A stretch of 64,000 nt of DNA from contig OZ252098.1 in assembly GCA_965248355.1 (NCBI GenBank), positions 1,248,001 through 1,312,000 of the forward strand, given 5' to 3'. Below, piece after piece: positions 42,961 through 52,795 of this stretch. Origin of the DNA: Candidatus Latescibacterota bacterium (GTDB taxonomy: Bacteria > Latescibacterota > UBA2968 > UBA8231). The notes beneath the pieces were generated by a model, which saw nothing but the letters and a program-made list of their open reading frames with translations, was not told the DNA's origin and ran no database searches. Positions within the stretch are counted from its first letter, which is position 1, and each line of letters starts with the position of its first letter. A program made the position numbers and the translations under genes.

Positions 42961-43072
42961 TCGACCTCTCAAGCCTGCGGCCCGGATGGATTGGCGTCAA
43001 GGCGGTCCCTTGTGGGCTGGCTCGGTTCCGGTCTATCATGGCCACACCCCTCTTCTCCGGAGAATCGCAAGG

Positions 43073-44008
43073 ATGGCATCCGAGCCCTTGGTCTATCTGA
43101 GAGGTCGACTGCAGCCCGCTTCGCAGGCTCACGTGGCGATCTACGATGCCGCCGTGGTTCTGGGCGCCACGGTGACCGACCTGATCCGCACCTTCGACCA
43201 TCAGCCGTACCGGTTGGGAGATCACCTCGACCGCTTCTTCCGCAGCTCCCGCTATGCCCGGATCGCACCCCCCATCGACCGCGTCGAGACCGAGAGGGTC
43301 TGCCGCGATCTGGTGGCCCACAACGCAGACCTGCTGCCACCAGGAGGAGAGTTGGCCCTGGTGCTGTTCCTCTCCCCGGGGGAGCTGTCCGTCTACGCGG
43401 GCAGCGCCGCGGGCGACGAGGAACGCCAGCCGACCTTCTGCATCCACACTTTCCCTCTCCCCTTTCACATCTGGCGATCCTACTTCACCGAGGGGGCCCA
43501 CGTGGTCACCCCATCCATCCGCCAGGTTCCCGCCGTGTGCGTGGATCCCAAGATCAAGTGCCGAAGCCGCATGCATTGGTGGTTGGCGGACCAGGAGAGC
43601 CGGCAGGTCGATCCCCGGGCCGTCTCCCTCTGTCTCGACCTGGAGGGCAACGTCACCGAGACAGGTGGCTCCAACTTCCTGATCTGCCGTGGCGACACCG
43701 TGGTCAGCCCGGCGCCCTCGCACATCCTGCGTGGCATCAGCATGACCACCGTCGCGGAACTGTGCCCGGCCCTCGGACTCGCCTTCGAGGAGAGGGACTT
43801 CCAGGTCTACGACGTGATCAATGCTGACGAGGCCTTCCTGGCCACCACACCGTACTGCCTGGCGCCGGTGACCCGGATCAACAACACCCCCATCGGCGAG
43901 GGGCGACCGGGACCGGTCTTCGGAAAGCTGATGGATGCGTGGAGCACATCGGTGGGAGTGGACATCCTGGCTCAGATCATGGGCCAGGGGCCGGACCGAC
44001 CGGCGTGA
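43073..44008 (+). CDS. class IV PLP-dependent aminotransferase (IlvE/Dat/PabC family)
   Basis: 'HLDRFFRS', 'PKIKCRSR', 'VTETGGSN', 'ILRGIS', 'ADEAFL'. Confidence 0.88.
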   Translation: MASEPLVYLRGRLQPASQAHVAIYDAAVVLGATVTDLIRTFDHQPYRLGDHLDRFFRSSRYARIAPPIDRVETERVCRDLVAHNADLLPPGGELALVLFLSPGELSVYAGSAAGDEERQPTFCIHTFPLPFHIWRSYFTEGAHVVTPSIRQVPAVCVDPKIKCRSRMHWWLADQESRQVDPRAVSLCLDLEGNVTETGGSNFLICRGDTVVSPAPSHILRGISMTTVAELCPALGLAFEERDFQVYDVINADEAFLATTPYCLAPVTRINNTPIGEGRPGPVFGKLMDAWSTSVGVDILAQIMGQGPDRPA

Positions 44009-44045
44009 GAGACGAAGTCCGCCCGTTGAAGTCCCGGGCCGGGGA

Positions 44046-44282
44046 TCAGTTGCCCAACTGGCGGGCAGGGGCGCCCATGACCTCGGCGCGGGTTGCGAAG
44101 GCGAGCAACTCCTCGCGCAACTCCACGGGCAGGTCCCGGACGCCGACCCTCTCTGCCTGGGCCGGCAAGGTATCCGGAGCTGACACCCACGCCTCGCCGC
44201 CGCGGCGCCAGCCCACACACGAAGTGGCGCCGGCGCCGGTCAGGTAGAAGCGGTCCCCGTGACGGTAGACTTGGGCGGCCAC
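44046..44282 (-). CDS. small hypothetical protein (78 aa)
   Basis: GTG start 4 nt after the RidA-like gene's stop; fills the intergenic gap; protein-like composition. Confidence 0.6.
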   Translation of the reverse strand: MAAQVYRHGDRFYLTGAGATSCVGWRRGGEAWVSAPDTLPAQAERVGVRDLPVELREELLAFATRAEVMGAPARQLGN

Positions 44283-44286
44283 CTGG

Positions 44287-44880
44287 TTACAGATGCGGCC
44301 CCCGGCCGCGGATGATGCGCAGGGCGAGCTCCGGATCGATCTGCACGATCATCTCCGGTTCGATGCGCACGTGACCGGGAAGATCGAAACCGGCCACGGC
44401 GGAGCGGGCGTGCCAACCCGAGAGGGATGCGTCCTCGCCATCGACGGCGGACTCGGAGATGGGGCCGCCGAAGACATCGTGAAAGACCTTGGTGTAGCCA
44501 TCGACAACCTGGGGAGACTTGGAGAAGGCGCCGCCTCCCGCGGAGTTCACCATGCCGATGCACTTGACGCAGTACCACACGTCGTTGAGGCTGCCTTCGG
44601 GATCGAGGGCCCAGTGCAGGGTGCGGATGTGATTCTCCCCGGCCTCCCGCCCGGCGGCGAAGCCTTCCTCCACGTCCCCGTCGTCGTTGGTCACCGCCCC
44701 CTGGCCCCCACCGGTGCCCGAGGTGAAAACCAGACCGGAGGGGGTGATGGTGGCCATGCAGATCCGCCGCCCCTTCGGGGGGGGAAGAACCTCGTCCCTG
44801 GTCTGCAGATCGATGCCGAGCCGCTCGATCCGTTCGTATACATCGAAGTCCCGCCGCCATGCCTGCGGAAGGTTCGTCAT
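44287..44880 (-). CDS. RidA/YjgF/UK114 superfamily protein (Rid1-like)
   Basis: strong SD AGGAGG; 'LVFTSG', 'VKCIGMVNS', 'HARSAV', 'IEPEMIVQI'. Confidence 0.75.
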   Translation of the reverse strand: MTNLPQAWRRDFDVYERIERLGIDLQTRDEVLPPPKGRRICMATITPSGLVFTSGTGGGQGAVTNDDGDVEEGFAAGREAGENHIRTLHWALDPEGSLNDVWYCVKCIGMVNSAGGGAFSKSPQVVDGYTKVFHDVFGGPISESAVDGEDASLSGWHARSAVAGFDLPGHVRIEPEMIVQIDPELALRIIRGRGPHL

Positions 44881-44975
44881 CCTTCTCCTCCTGGTTTCCT
44901 GGTCAGGACCGACCAGGATAGCCCGCTGCGCCGGTGGATCATACGGAGATTGCCGGGCCGGGGGAAGCGGCGCCG

Positions 44976-46706
44976 ATGCCGGTAACCCTGGATCTTTCCG
45001 CACTCGGCCCCCTGGCCGGGAACGTGGCCGCGGCCCGGGACCAGCTCCGCCGCGAGCGCGTCGCCGCACGCATCCTCCAGCGCGACCACACGCTGTGGAA
45101 ACCCGATCCGGCCGGGATCGGCAACCGCCTGGGATGGATCGACAGCCCCGTGGTCATGGCCCGGCACCTGGGCCCCATCGACGACCTGGTGGACGGCGCC
45201 CTCCGGGACGGCCTGACCCGCGCCCTGATGCTGGGCATGGGCGGATCCAGCCTGGCCGCCGAGGTCTTTGCCCGTCTGCCCTCGGTCGCCGGCAGGCGCC
45301 TGCCGCTCTCCGTCCTCGACAGCACCGATCCGGCCGCTGTCGGCGGCCTCACCGCCGCCATCGATCCGGCGCGGACCCTCTTTCTGCCCGCCACCAAGTC
45401 CGGCGGCACCGTGGAGACTCTGTCCCTTCTGAAGTACTGCTACAATCTGACCATCGGAGCCGTCGGCCGGACGCGCGCGGCCCGGCATTTCGCGGCCATC
45501 ACCGACCCGGGCAGCGGCCTGCACCAACTGGCGCAATCCCTCGGCTTTCGCCAGGTCTTCCTGAACGATCCGGAGATTGGCGGGCGCTATTCCTCGCTCT
45601 CTCTCTTCGGCCTGGTCCCCGCCGGCCTCGCGGGCGCGGGTCCCGCCCGTCTCCTCGCGGGCGGACGGGAGGCACGGGCCCGGATCGTCGACGACGGAAC
45701 CGGACTCCAGCTGGGGGCGGTACTCGGTGCCGGCGAGAGGGCCGGCCGCGACAAGCTCACCCTGATCGCCTCCCCTTCCCTGGAACCGCTCGGAGCGTGG
45801 ATCGAGCAACTCATCGCGGAGAGCACGGGCAAGGAGGGCAAGGGGATCCTGCCGGTCCACGGAGAGCCGACGGGAGAGCCCCGTTCCTACGCCGACGACC
45901 GTCTCTTCGCCTACCTGAGCCTGACCGGCGAAGACGGCCCGGACGCGGCGGTGGAGGCTCTGACCGGGGCCGGGCATCCCCTTGTGCGTCTCGAGCTGGA
46001 TGACGCCCACGACGTCGGTACGGCGATGTACTTGTGGAAGGTGGCGACCATCGTCGCCGCCCACCAGATGGGCATCAACCCCTTCGATCAGCCGAATGTG
46101 GAAGCCGCCAAGGTGCTGGCGCGGTCGATGCTCGACACGTACCGGTCGAGAGGCACTTTGCCCGGGTCGCCGCCGGACCTCGTGGAGGACGGCGTGGCCG
46201 TCTGGGGCCATGTCCCGGGCGGCCGACTCCGGGAGGCCATCCGCTCCTTCCTCTCGGTGGAAGACGGGAGGTCTCGGCGCCCGTACGTGGCCTTCCACGC
46301 GTACCTGCCGCCGGATCCCGAGGTGGAGACCCGGGTGACGCGGATCCGCCGCAGGATCCGCGACCGGATGCGGCTGGCCACCACCACCGGATACGGACCC
46401 CGGTACCTGCACTCCACCGGACAGCTCCACAAGGGCGACGCGGGGCACGGACGGTTCGTACAGATCACTTGCGACGACCGGCGCGACTTGCCGATCCCGG
46501 ATGAGCCGGGCGAGTCCAACTCCACCACGACCTTCGGAATCCTCAAGGCGGCCCAGGCCCACGGAGACCTGCAGGCCCTGGTCGATGGTGGACGCACCGT
46601 GCTGAGACTGCACTTGACAGGCGGCCTCTCCGAAGGCCTGAAGGTGATGGACGAGGCTTTCGAGCAGGCCGTGGCAGGTCTCCCCTCCTCCGAAAGGAGC
46701 AGCTAA
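44976..46706 (+). CDS. pgi: glucose-6-phosphate isomerase (Tal-Pgi-type PGI domain, without the transaldolase part)
   Basis: 'LGMGGSSL', 'TKSGGTVET', 'IGGRYS', 'EQLIAESTGK', 'NPFDQPNVEAAK', 'GPRYLHSTGQLHKG'. Confidence 0.88.
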   Translation: MPVTLDLSALGPLAGNVAAARDQLRRERVAARILQRDHTLWKPDPAGIGNRLGWIDSPVVMARHLGPIDDLVDGALRDGLTRALMLGMGGSSLAAEVFARLPSVAGRRLPLSVLDSTDPAAVGGLTAAIDPARTLFLPATKSGGTVETLSLLKYCYNLTIGAVGRTRAARHFAAITDPGSGLHQLAQSLGFRQVFLNDPEIGGRYSSLSLFGLVPAGLAGAGPARLLAGGREARARIVDDGTGLQLGAVLGAGERAGRDKLTLIASPSLEPLGAWIEQLIAESTGKEGKGILPVHGEPTGEPRSYADDRLFAYLSLTGEDGPDAAVEALTGAGHPLVRLELDDAHDVGTAMYLWKVATIVAAHQMGINPFDQPNVEAAKVLARSMLDTYRSRGTLPGSPPDLVEDGVAVWGHVPGGRLREAIRSFLSVEDGRSRRPYVAFHAYLPPDPEVETRVTRIRRRIRDRMRLATTTGYGPRYLHSTGQLHKGDAGHGRFVQITCDDRRDLPIPDEPGESNSTTTFGILKAAQAHGDLQALVDGGRTVLRLHLTGGLSEGLKVMDEAFEQAVAGLPSSERSS

Positions 46707-46711
46707 GGCTT

Positions 46712-47635
46712 ATGCAATTGGGCATGATCGGACTCGGGCGCATGGGCGCCAACATGACGACGCGGCTGCTTCGCGACGGTCACGAACTCGTCGTCCATGA
46801 CCGCGACGCCGAGGCCGTGGTGGAGGCGCAACGACGCGGTGCCAGGGGCGTGCAGTCCCTGGACTGCCTGCCCGCCGAACTCGATCCACCTCGTGCGGTC
46901 TGGGTGATGGTGCCCTCGGGCGGGCCCACGGAGGATGCCGTCGCCCGCCTGGGCGCCCTCCTGGAGGCCGGGGATACCGTGATCGACGGCGGCAACAGCA
47001 ACTACCGGGACACGGTGCGCCGAGGACGCGCCCTCGGCGAGAAGGGACTGGCCTACGTCGACGCGGGAACCAGCGGCGGAGTGTGGGGGCTCGACGAGGG
47101 ATACAGCCTGATGATCGGCGGGGAGCAGGCGGCGGTGAACCGTTTGCGCCCGATCTTCGAGAGCCTGGCTCCGTCAGCGGATCGCGGCTGGGGACGTGTC
47201 GGTCCGACAGGGGCCGGCCACTTCGCCAAGATGATCCACAACGGTATCGAGTACGGAATGATGCAGGCCCTCGCAGAAGGCTTTGCGATCATGAAGAAGA
47301 AGACGGAGTTCGGCCTCGATCTGCATCAGGTTGCAGAGATCTGGCGTCACGGTTCGGTCGTGCGCTCCTGGCTTCTCGACCTGACATCAGCGGCCTTGGG
47401 GGAGGATGAGGATCTGTCCCACATCGCGCCGTACGTCTCCGATTCCGGCGAAGGCCGCTGGGCCGTGGCCGAAGCGGTGGATCTCGACGTGCCGGCCCCG
47501 ATCCTCACTCACTCCCTGCTGGCGCGACTGCGCTCGAGGGACGAGGAGTCCTATGCCGACCGGCTGCTGGCGGCGATGCGCAATCAGTTCGGCGGCCATT
47601 CCATAGTGAAGCCGGGGCAGCGACCCCTGTCGTAA
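46712..47635 (+). CDS. gnd: 6-phosphogluconate dehydrogenase (decarboxylating, short form)
   Basis: 'IGLGRMG', 'IDGGNS', 'GTSGGVWG', 'KMIHNGIEYG', 'DSGEGRW', 'MRNQFGGH'. Confidence 0.95.
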   Translation: MQLGMIGLGRMGANMTTRLLRDGHELVVHDRDAEAVVEAQRRGARGVQSLDCLPAELDPPRAVWVMVPSGGPTEDAVARLGALLEAGDTVIDGGNSNYRDTVRRGRALGEKGLAYVDAGTSGGVWGLDEGYSLMIGGEQAAVNRLRPIFESLAPSADRGWGRVGPTGAGHFAKMIHNGIEYGMMQALAEGFAIMKKKTEFGLDLHQVAEIWRHGSVVRSWLLDLTSAALGEDEDLSHIAPYVSDSGEGRWAVAEAVDLDVPAPILTHSLLARLRSRDEESYADRLLAAMRNQFGGHSIVKPGQRPLS

Positions 47636-47697
47636 TGGCCTCGGGCCGTCGGCTCAGGTCGGCAACATGTCCCATGGCCATTGTGGAAGTGGCCCAC

Positions 47698-47727
47698 TTG
47701 AAGGAAAAGCGAGTCTGTTCGTAACTT
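47698..47727 (+). promoter_or_regulatory. putative promoter for the HTH gene
   Basis: TTGAAG-18 nt-TAACTT in an AT-rich patch. Confidence 0.45.
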
Positions 47728-47784
47728 ATTTGTCGATGTCGTGCTGACTTCACCATCAACGCAGTCCCAGCCAGAGGAGGTTAC

Positions 47785-48228
47785 ATGCCGAATGTGGCAC
47801 AGGTATTGAAGGAGGAGATCGGCCGATTGGCGCGCAAGGAGATCCGCGCCATCTGTGATCCTCTGCGCCAGCAGGTCCAGACCTTGCGACGCACGGTGCG
47901 CACCCAGCAGGAGACGATCGACAGACTCGAGAAGTCCCTGTCGAAGATGGTCGAGATGACGGCCACCGATGCGGGCACGTCCCTCTATGCACCAGAGGCG
48001 GAGAAGGAAGAAGGCTCGCAAGCGCGGGTGACGCCGGCCTCGATCCGGAGACATCGGCATCGCCTCAAGATGTCGCAGGCCGAACTCGGACGATTGCTGA
48101 GTGTCAGCACGAACACCATCGTGCGCTGGGAGCAGGGAAGCTCGAAACCGCGCGCCCAGCACCGCACCGCCCTGTTGCGGCTTCGCCACATGGGGATCCG
48201 CGACGTCAAGCAGGTCATCGCGGAGTAA
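47785..48228 (+). CDS. coiled-coil plus XRE-type helix-turn-helix protein
   Basis: GAGGAGG SD; N-terminal 'MPNVAQVLKEEIGRLARKE' coiled coil; 'RHRLKMSQAELGRLLSVSTNTIVRWEQG'. Confidence 0.85.
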   Translation: MPNVAQVLKEEIGRLARKEIRAICDPLRQQVQTLRRTVRTQQETIDRLEKSLSKMVEMTATDAGTSLYAPEAEKEEGSQARVTPASIRRHRHRLKMSQAELGRLLSVSTNTIVRWEQGSSKPRAQHRTALLRLRHMGIRDVKQVIAE

Positions 48229-48248
48229 ACGGTCAGGCCCCAAGTGCC

Positions 48249-48282
48249 AAGGCCCCCGCCCGGCTCGAGGGCGGGGGCCTTT
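48249..48282. terminator. bidirectional intrinsic terminator
   Basis: 13-bp inverted repeat AAGGCCCCCGCCC/GGGCGGGGGCCTT between convergent genes. Confidence 0.75.
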
Positions 48283-48306
48283 GTCGTCGGCCCGGCTTGG
48301 GCGGCC

Positions 48307-49308
48307 TCAGCCGCCGGCCTTCTCGTACAAATCCCGACCCGCTACCAGAGCCTCGATCTTGCGGTCGGCGACGGAGCGCTTCAGCATCCAGAACCCGCAG
48401 TCGGGGTTGATGCAGGCGATGCGGTCCACACCGACCGCCGTCGCCGTCTCTCCGACCTGGCGCGCGATCTCCTCGGCGCTCTCCACGACGTTCGACTTGA
48501 TGTCCACCACGCCGAGGCCCAGACGAACGAACCCGGCGATCCGCTTCAGGGAGGGCAGCTCCCAGTTGCCCCGGTGAGCCAACTCGAGGAGCACGTGATC
48601 GGCGTGGAGACCGCTCAGGTAGTCGATCAGGTTCTGCCAGCTCCCCTTCTGGATCGTCTGTCCGCCGTAGTTGCCGAAACAGAGGTGCACCGCCGGCGTC
48701 GTCCGCACGCGGTCGAGGATGCGGTTGATCCCTTCCAGGGCCCACTCCCACTCCTGCGAGTGACCAGGGAGGTTGGCCTCGTCCACCTGCACCACGTCGG
48801 CCTCGATATGGGCCACCTGCTCGGCGAGCACGTCGGCCAGGGCCAGGCACAGCTCCGGCCGGCTTCCGTAGTGGTTGTCGAGCAGGGTCTTGCATAGCAT
48901 GTGCGGTCCCGTGAGGGTGAACTTCAGCTTGAGCGAGGTCAGGCTCCGGGCCAGGGAGAAGTCGCCCGGCAGGTCGAGAGCTCCCGCCTCGATCGGTCCC
49001 TCGACGACGGCGCTCGGACGTCCGCGGTAGGACATCTCCTCCTCCCGGCGGAAGGCCTCCACATCCGCCCATCCCACATGGCCGCGCACGTTTCGGAGAG
49101 GCCGGACGAAATACTCGATCATCCCGTTCGTCTCGGGATGGTTGACATCGAAACGCCCCAGCTCCCCATCGGCGACGATGTCGATGCCGGCGTTCTCCTG
49201 GGTCTTCAGCACCACCGCCATGGCGTCGGCCAGGTTCTGCTCCGACGGCAGGGCCGCCAGCCAGTCCGGGATCGGGTAACTCCCCACCACCGTCGTCAGG
49301 ATTCCCAT
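48307..49308 (-). CDS. cobalamin-independent methionine synthase II (core, single-barrel) family protein
   Basis: 'TTVVGSYP', 'DIVADGE', 'LTGPHM', 'VQVDE', Zn ligands 'HLC' and 'NPDCG'. Confidence 0.85.
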   Translation of the reverse strand: MGILTTVVGSYPIPDWLAALPSEQNLADAMAVVLKTQENAGIDIVADGELGRFDVNHPETNGMIEYFVRPLRNVRGHVGWADVEAFRREEEMSYRGRPSAVVEGPIEAGALDLPGDFSLARSLTSLKLKFTLTGPHMLCKTLLDNHYGSRPELCLALADVLAEQVAHIEADVVQVDEANLPGHSQEWEWALEGINRILDRVRTTPAVHLCFGNYGGQTIQKGSWQNLIDYLSGLHADHVLLELAHRGNWELPSLKRIAGFVRLGLGVVDIKSNVVESAEEIARQVGETATAVGVDRIACINPDCGFWMLKRSVADRKIEALVAGRDLYEKAGG

Positions 49309-49327
49309 ACGGCGCTCTCCTCTCCGT

Positions 49328-51481
49328 TCATCCACCCCGGGCGCGCTCGAGCCCTTCGAGAACAAGCCCTTTGGTGATCACCTCCGGCAGCACGATGGGC
49401 TCCAGGGGCCGCCCCTCGGGAAAGATGACATACAGGGGCACGCCGGAACGACCGAAGGCGCGCAGCATGCGGGTGATCTCGGGGTTGCGGTTGGTCCAGT
49501 CCGCCTTGATCAAGGCGACATTCAGTTCCTCGAAGCGTTCCCTCACATCCGGGTCGGACAGCACGACCCGCTCGTTGATCTTGCAGGTCCAGCACCACTC
49601 GGCGGTGAAATCGATGAAGAGAAGACGGTTCTCCTCCAGCAGCGCCTCGACGCGTTGCACGTCGAAGGCCTCCCAGCCGTCCGCCTCCAAGGCGGGGGCG
49701 CTGCCCCCGGGGGTCGCCACGATGGGGTGCAGGAACAGGCCGTAGCCGGCCAGGGCGATGAGCAGGGAGACGGTCCATGCCGCCCGTCTCGGAGTCCTCG
49801 ATGTGCGCAGATCGATCCAGGACCCCACGATCCAGGCGCCCAGGGCCAGACAGAGCAGAAAGGCGCAGGTCCAGATGACGGCCTCCATTCCCAGCTGCTT
49901 GCCCACCACCCACAACAGCCACAGCACCGTGGCCATGAGCAGGAACCCCATCCCCTGTTTGAAGCGCTCCATCCAGGCCCCGGGACGCGGCAGGAAACGG
50001 ATCCACCGGGGCCGCCAGGCGAGCACCAGGTAGGGCAGGGAGAGGCCGGCGCCGATGGCGACGAAGATGGCGAAGACCGCCGGCGCCGGTTGACTGAAGG
50101 CGAACCCGAGGGCCGTTCCCAGGAAGGGCGCCGTGCACGGCGTGGCCAGAATGGTGGCCAGAACCCCGTTCAGGAAGCTGTGAACCAGGCCCTCACCCTG
50201 AGCGGGACCCCCGAGGGAGCCGACGCGGCCCGGCAGCCGGATGGTGACGACGCCGAACAAGCTGAGCCCCAGGATGAAGACGAGTCCCGTCAGAAAGAGC
50301 ACGAAGCCGGGGGACTGGAACTGGAATCCCCAGCCGATCTGCTCGCCCCCCGCCTTCAGGCCGGTCACGAGAGCGGCGAGGACCACGAAGGTCAGGACCA
50401 CCCCGGCCGAGAAGGCCAGGCCGAGCTGACGGACTCGACGGGGTTCTTCCCCTCCCTGGGAGACGAGGGAGAGGGCTTTCAGGGAGATGACGGGCAGCAC
50501 GCAGGGCATCAGGTTGAGGATCATCCCCCCGACGACCGCCATCAGCAGATACCCCCACAAGGACCGGGCCTCGCCGGCCCCTGCGGTGAAGTCCTCGGCC
50601 AGCAGGTCGACGGCTCTCCCGCGCAGGCCGAAACCGATGGTGCGGAACCGGCGATCGCCGCCGCCATCGGAGAAGGCGATGACGCCGGTCAGCTCCCCGG
50701 GCAGCGGCTGGCCGTCCTCGGCCTCGATCCGCAGCTCCGAACTCGTCTTCTTCGGCCCGTGCTCCAGCCGTGGGCCGGTATCGAGAATGGCTCCGAGGGG
50801 GCGCAGGGGGAAGAAGTCGGGCGGCTCCCGTCCCTCGTGGTCGGCGGTCACCTCCACCGCCACCCTCAGGGCGCCGGCGCCGTCGGGTGCCACGCGCGAC
50901 TCCCAGCTCACCGGGTCCGTGGCCGACAGCGGGGTCGGCACCATGGAGCGGTAGCGGTCGAAGAGGGCTGCATGGGCCGGCTGCGCCCGGCCGGCTTCGA
51001 GGCGCAGCGACAGGGCCGCCTCGCCGGGGATGCAGATCTCCCGGCAGACCAGCCAGCGGACCTCGGCCGTGAACCGCATCGTGTCGGGCAGGACCGCCGG
51101 AGTCCGCACCGGGGCCAGCAGCAACACCTCGCCGGCGTACCCGAAGACGGTCAGGTCGTCCTCCTCGTAGCGATGGGGTCCCGGCCACAGGAGCGGTTCC
51201 ACCTCGAAGCCGGGCGGGACCTGCCAGTCGACCTCCGTGGGCAGGCCGGCGTCGCCTTCGTTGGCCCAGTAGGTGTGCCAGCCGGGCTCCTGCTCCAGGA
51301 GCACTCCCAGGGTGAAGCCGCGCCCCGCTTCGACCGAGGTCACGTCGGCCAGCAGCCGGGCCCGCACGGGATCGGGGAACCGGGCCTCGCCGGTGGAGGC
51401 GGAGAAGGCCAGAAGAACGAGGGGAAGCCCCATGGTGAAGGGCCGGGAGACGGCTCGCCAGGATCGGAGGAATGCGCTCAT
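49328..51481 (-). CDS. dsbD: protein-disulfide reductase, DsbD/ScsB family
   Basis: 'GWHTYW', 'CREICIP', 'NLMPCVLP', 'LATPCTAP', thioredoxin 'WCWTC'; ATGA overlap with aroA. Confidence 0.88.
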   Translation of the reverse strand: MSAFLRSWRAVSRPFTMGLPLVLLAFSASTGEARFPDPVRARLLADVTSVEAGRGFTLGVLLEQEPGWHTYWANEGDAGLPTEVDWQVPPGFEVEPLLWPGPHRYEEDDLTVFGYAGEVLLLAPVRTPAVLPDTMRFTAEVRWLVCREICIPGEAALSLRLEAGRAQPAHAALFDRYRSMVPTPLSATDPVSWESRVAPDGAGALRVAVEVTADHEGREPPDFFPLRPLGAILDTGPRLEHGPKKTSSELRIEAEDGQPLPGELTGVIAFSDGGGDRRFRTIGFGLRGRAVDLLAEDFTAGAGEARSLWGYLLMAVVGGMILNLMPCVLPVISLKALSLVSQGGEEPRRVRQLGLAFSAGVVLTFVVLAALVTGLKAGGEQIGWGFQFQSPGFVLFLTGLVFILGLSLFGVVTIRLPGRVGSLGGPAQGEGLVHSFLNGVLATILATPCTAPFLGTALGFAFSQPAPAVFAIFVAIGAGLSLPYLVLAWRPRWIRFLPRPGAWMERFKQGMGFLLMATVLWLLWVVGKQLGMEAVIWTCAFLLCLALGAWIVGSWIDLRTSRTPRRAAWTVSLLIALAGYGLFLHPIVATPGGSAPALEADGWEAFDVQRVEALLEENRLLFIDFTAEWCWTCKINERVVLSDPDVRERFEELNVALIKADWTNRNPEITRMLRAFGRSGVPLYVIFPEGRPLEPIVLPEVITKGLVLEGLERARGG

Positions 51482-52788
51482 GGAGGGTCCTTTTGGAGAT
51501 CGATCCGGGCTCCCAGGTCGATCAGGTCGTGGAAGAAGTCGGGATAGGACTTGCCCACGGTCTGGGCGTCGAGCACCACCACCCCCTCGCGGCTGCGCAG
51601 GCCCATGACGGCGAGCATCTGCGCCACCCGGTGGTCCTGGTAGGTGCCGGCCTCGTGGCCCCCGGCGTAACCCTCCGGCCGACCGCGCACGACGATGGCC
51701 GCTCGCTCCTCGTCGCAGTCGACGCCGAATCGGCGCAGCTCCCGCACGGGGACCGCGATCCGGTCGCACTCCTTGAGCCGCAGGTTGCCGATGCCGTGAA
51801 ACCGGCTGATGCCCCGGGCGTGGGCCGCCACCGGCAGCATGGCCAGCACGGCATCGGTGGCGCGATCGCCGTCGAAGTCGGCGCCTCGAAGCCCGTCGTG
51901 GCCTTCGAGGCAGACCCGCTCGCCATCGTGAGAGATCCCGGCCCCGGCCCGCGCCAGCCAGTCGACGACGGCGCGCTCGCCCTGGAGGTCCGCGAACAGC
52001 CGGTCGACGGTGATGGCGCTGTTGGTCAGCGCTCCCGCCGCCAGGATCGCCGCCGACGAGGGGTAGTCGCCGTTGACCGAGTACTCGCGCGGCTGGTAGC
52101 TCTGTCCGCCGACGACCCGGAAGCCCAGCAGGTCCTCAGCGGCCTCCACCTCGATCCCGGCACGGCCCAGGACCTCGAGAGTCACGCGCACCAGCGGCCT
52201 GGAGACCAGCCCGTCCGTGACCTCGATGGCCACGTCCTCGCCGACCAGTGGGGCCAGGAACAGCAGCGAGCTCAGGTACTGGGAGCTGCGGGCGCCGCTG
52301 ACCCGCACGGAGCCGCCGCGGAGGGCGCCCCCCCGGATCGTCGCCGGCAGCCGGCCGTCGAGCGCCTCCACCCGGGCTCCGAGCTGCTCGAGTCCGGCGA
52401 ACAACTCGTCGTGGGGCCGGGTGCCCAGGGAATCCGGGAAGGATGTCTCGAAGCGCACCTCCGGAAGCAGCGCGCCGACCCCCATGAGCAGGCGGGAAAC
52501 GGCTCCGGCGTTGCCCACGTCCAGCACCCCGGGACTCGCCGGGCGGGCGCCGAAGCCGCGCACCTGCAGGTGGCGCCCGCCGGCATCCACCTGCTCGCGG
52601 ATCCCGGCGCCGAGCTGGCGCAGGCAGCGCACGAGGACGGCGGCGTCCTCGGAGCGGGCCGGGTGACGGACCAGGCTGTCGCCCTCCGCCAGCGCCGCCG
52701 CCAGCAGATAGCGGGCCGTGTAGTTCTTCGAAGAAGGCGGGCTGAGGGTCCCGCCGAGGGACTCGGTGTAGTGGATCCTCGCTCTCAT
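51478..52788 (-). CDS. aroA: 3-phosphoshikimate 1-carboxyvinyltransferase (EPSP synthase)
   Basis: 'SSKNY', 'GNAG', 'SSQYLSSLL', 'DYPSS', 'RLKECDRI', 'DHRVA', 'KSYPDF'. Confidence 0.92.
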   Translation of the reverse strand: MRARIHYTESLGGTLSPPSSKNYTARYLLAAALAEGDSLVRHPARSEDAAVLVRCLRQLGAGIREQVDAGGRHLQVRGFGARPASPGVLDVGNAGAVSRLLMGVGALLPEVRFETSFPDSLGTRPHDELFAGLEQLGARVEALDGRLPATIRGGALRGGSVRVSGARSSQYLSSLLFLAPLVGEDVAIEVTDGLVSRPLVRVTLEVLGRAGIEVEAAEDLLGFRVVGGQSYQPREYSVNGDYPSSAAILAAGALTNSAITVDRLFADLQGERAVVDWLARAGAGISHDGERVCLEGHDGLRGADFDGDRATDAVLAMLPVAAHARGISRFHGIGNLRLKECDRIAVPVRELRRFGVDCDEERAAIVVRGRPEGYAGGHEAGTYQDHRVAQMLAVMGLRSREGVVVLDAQTVGKSYPDFFHDLIDLGARIDLQKDPP

Positions 52789-52795
52789 CGAGGGA

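Noticed and set aside
42824..43072. tRNA-Thr as an island attachment site
   Set aside because: No integrase, no duplicated tRNA 3' end noticed, no compositional shift; a self-alignment would confirm
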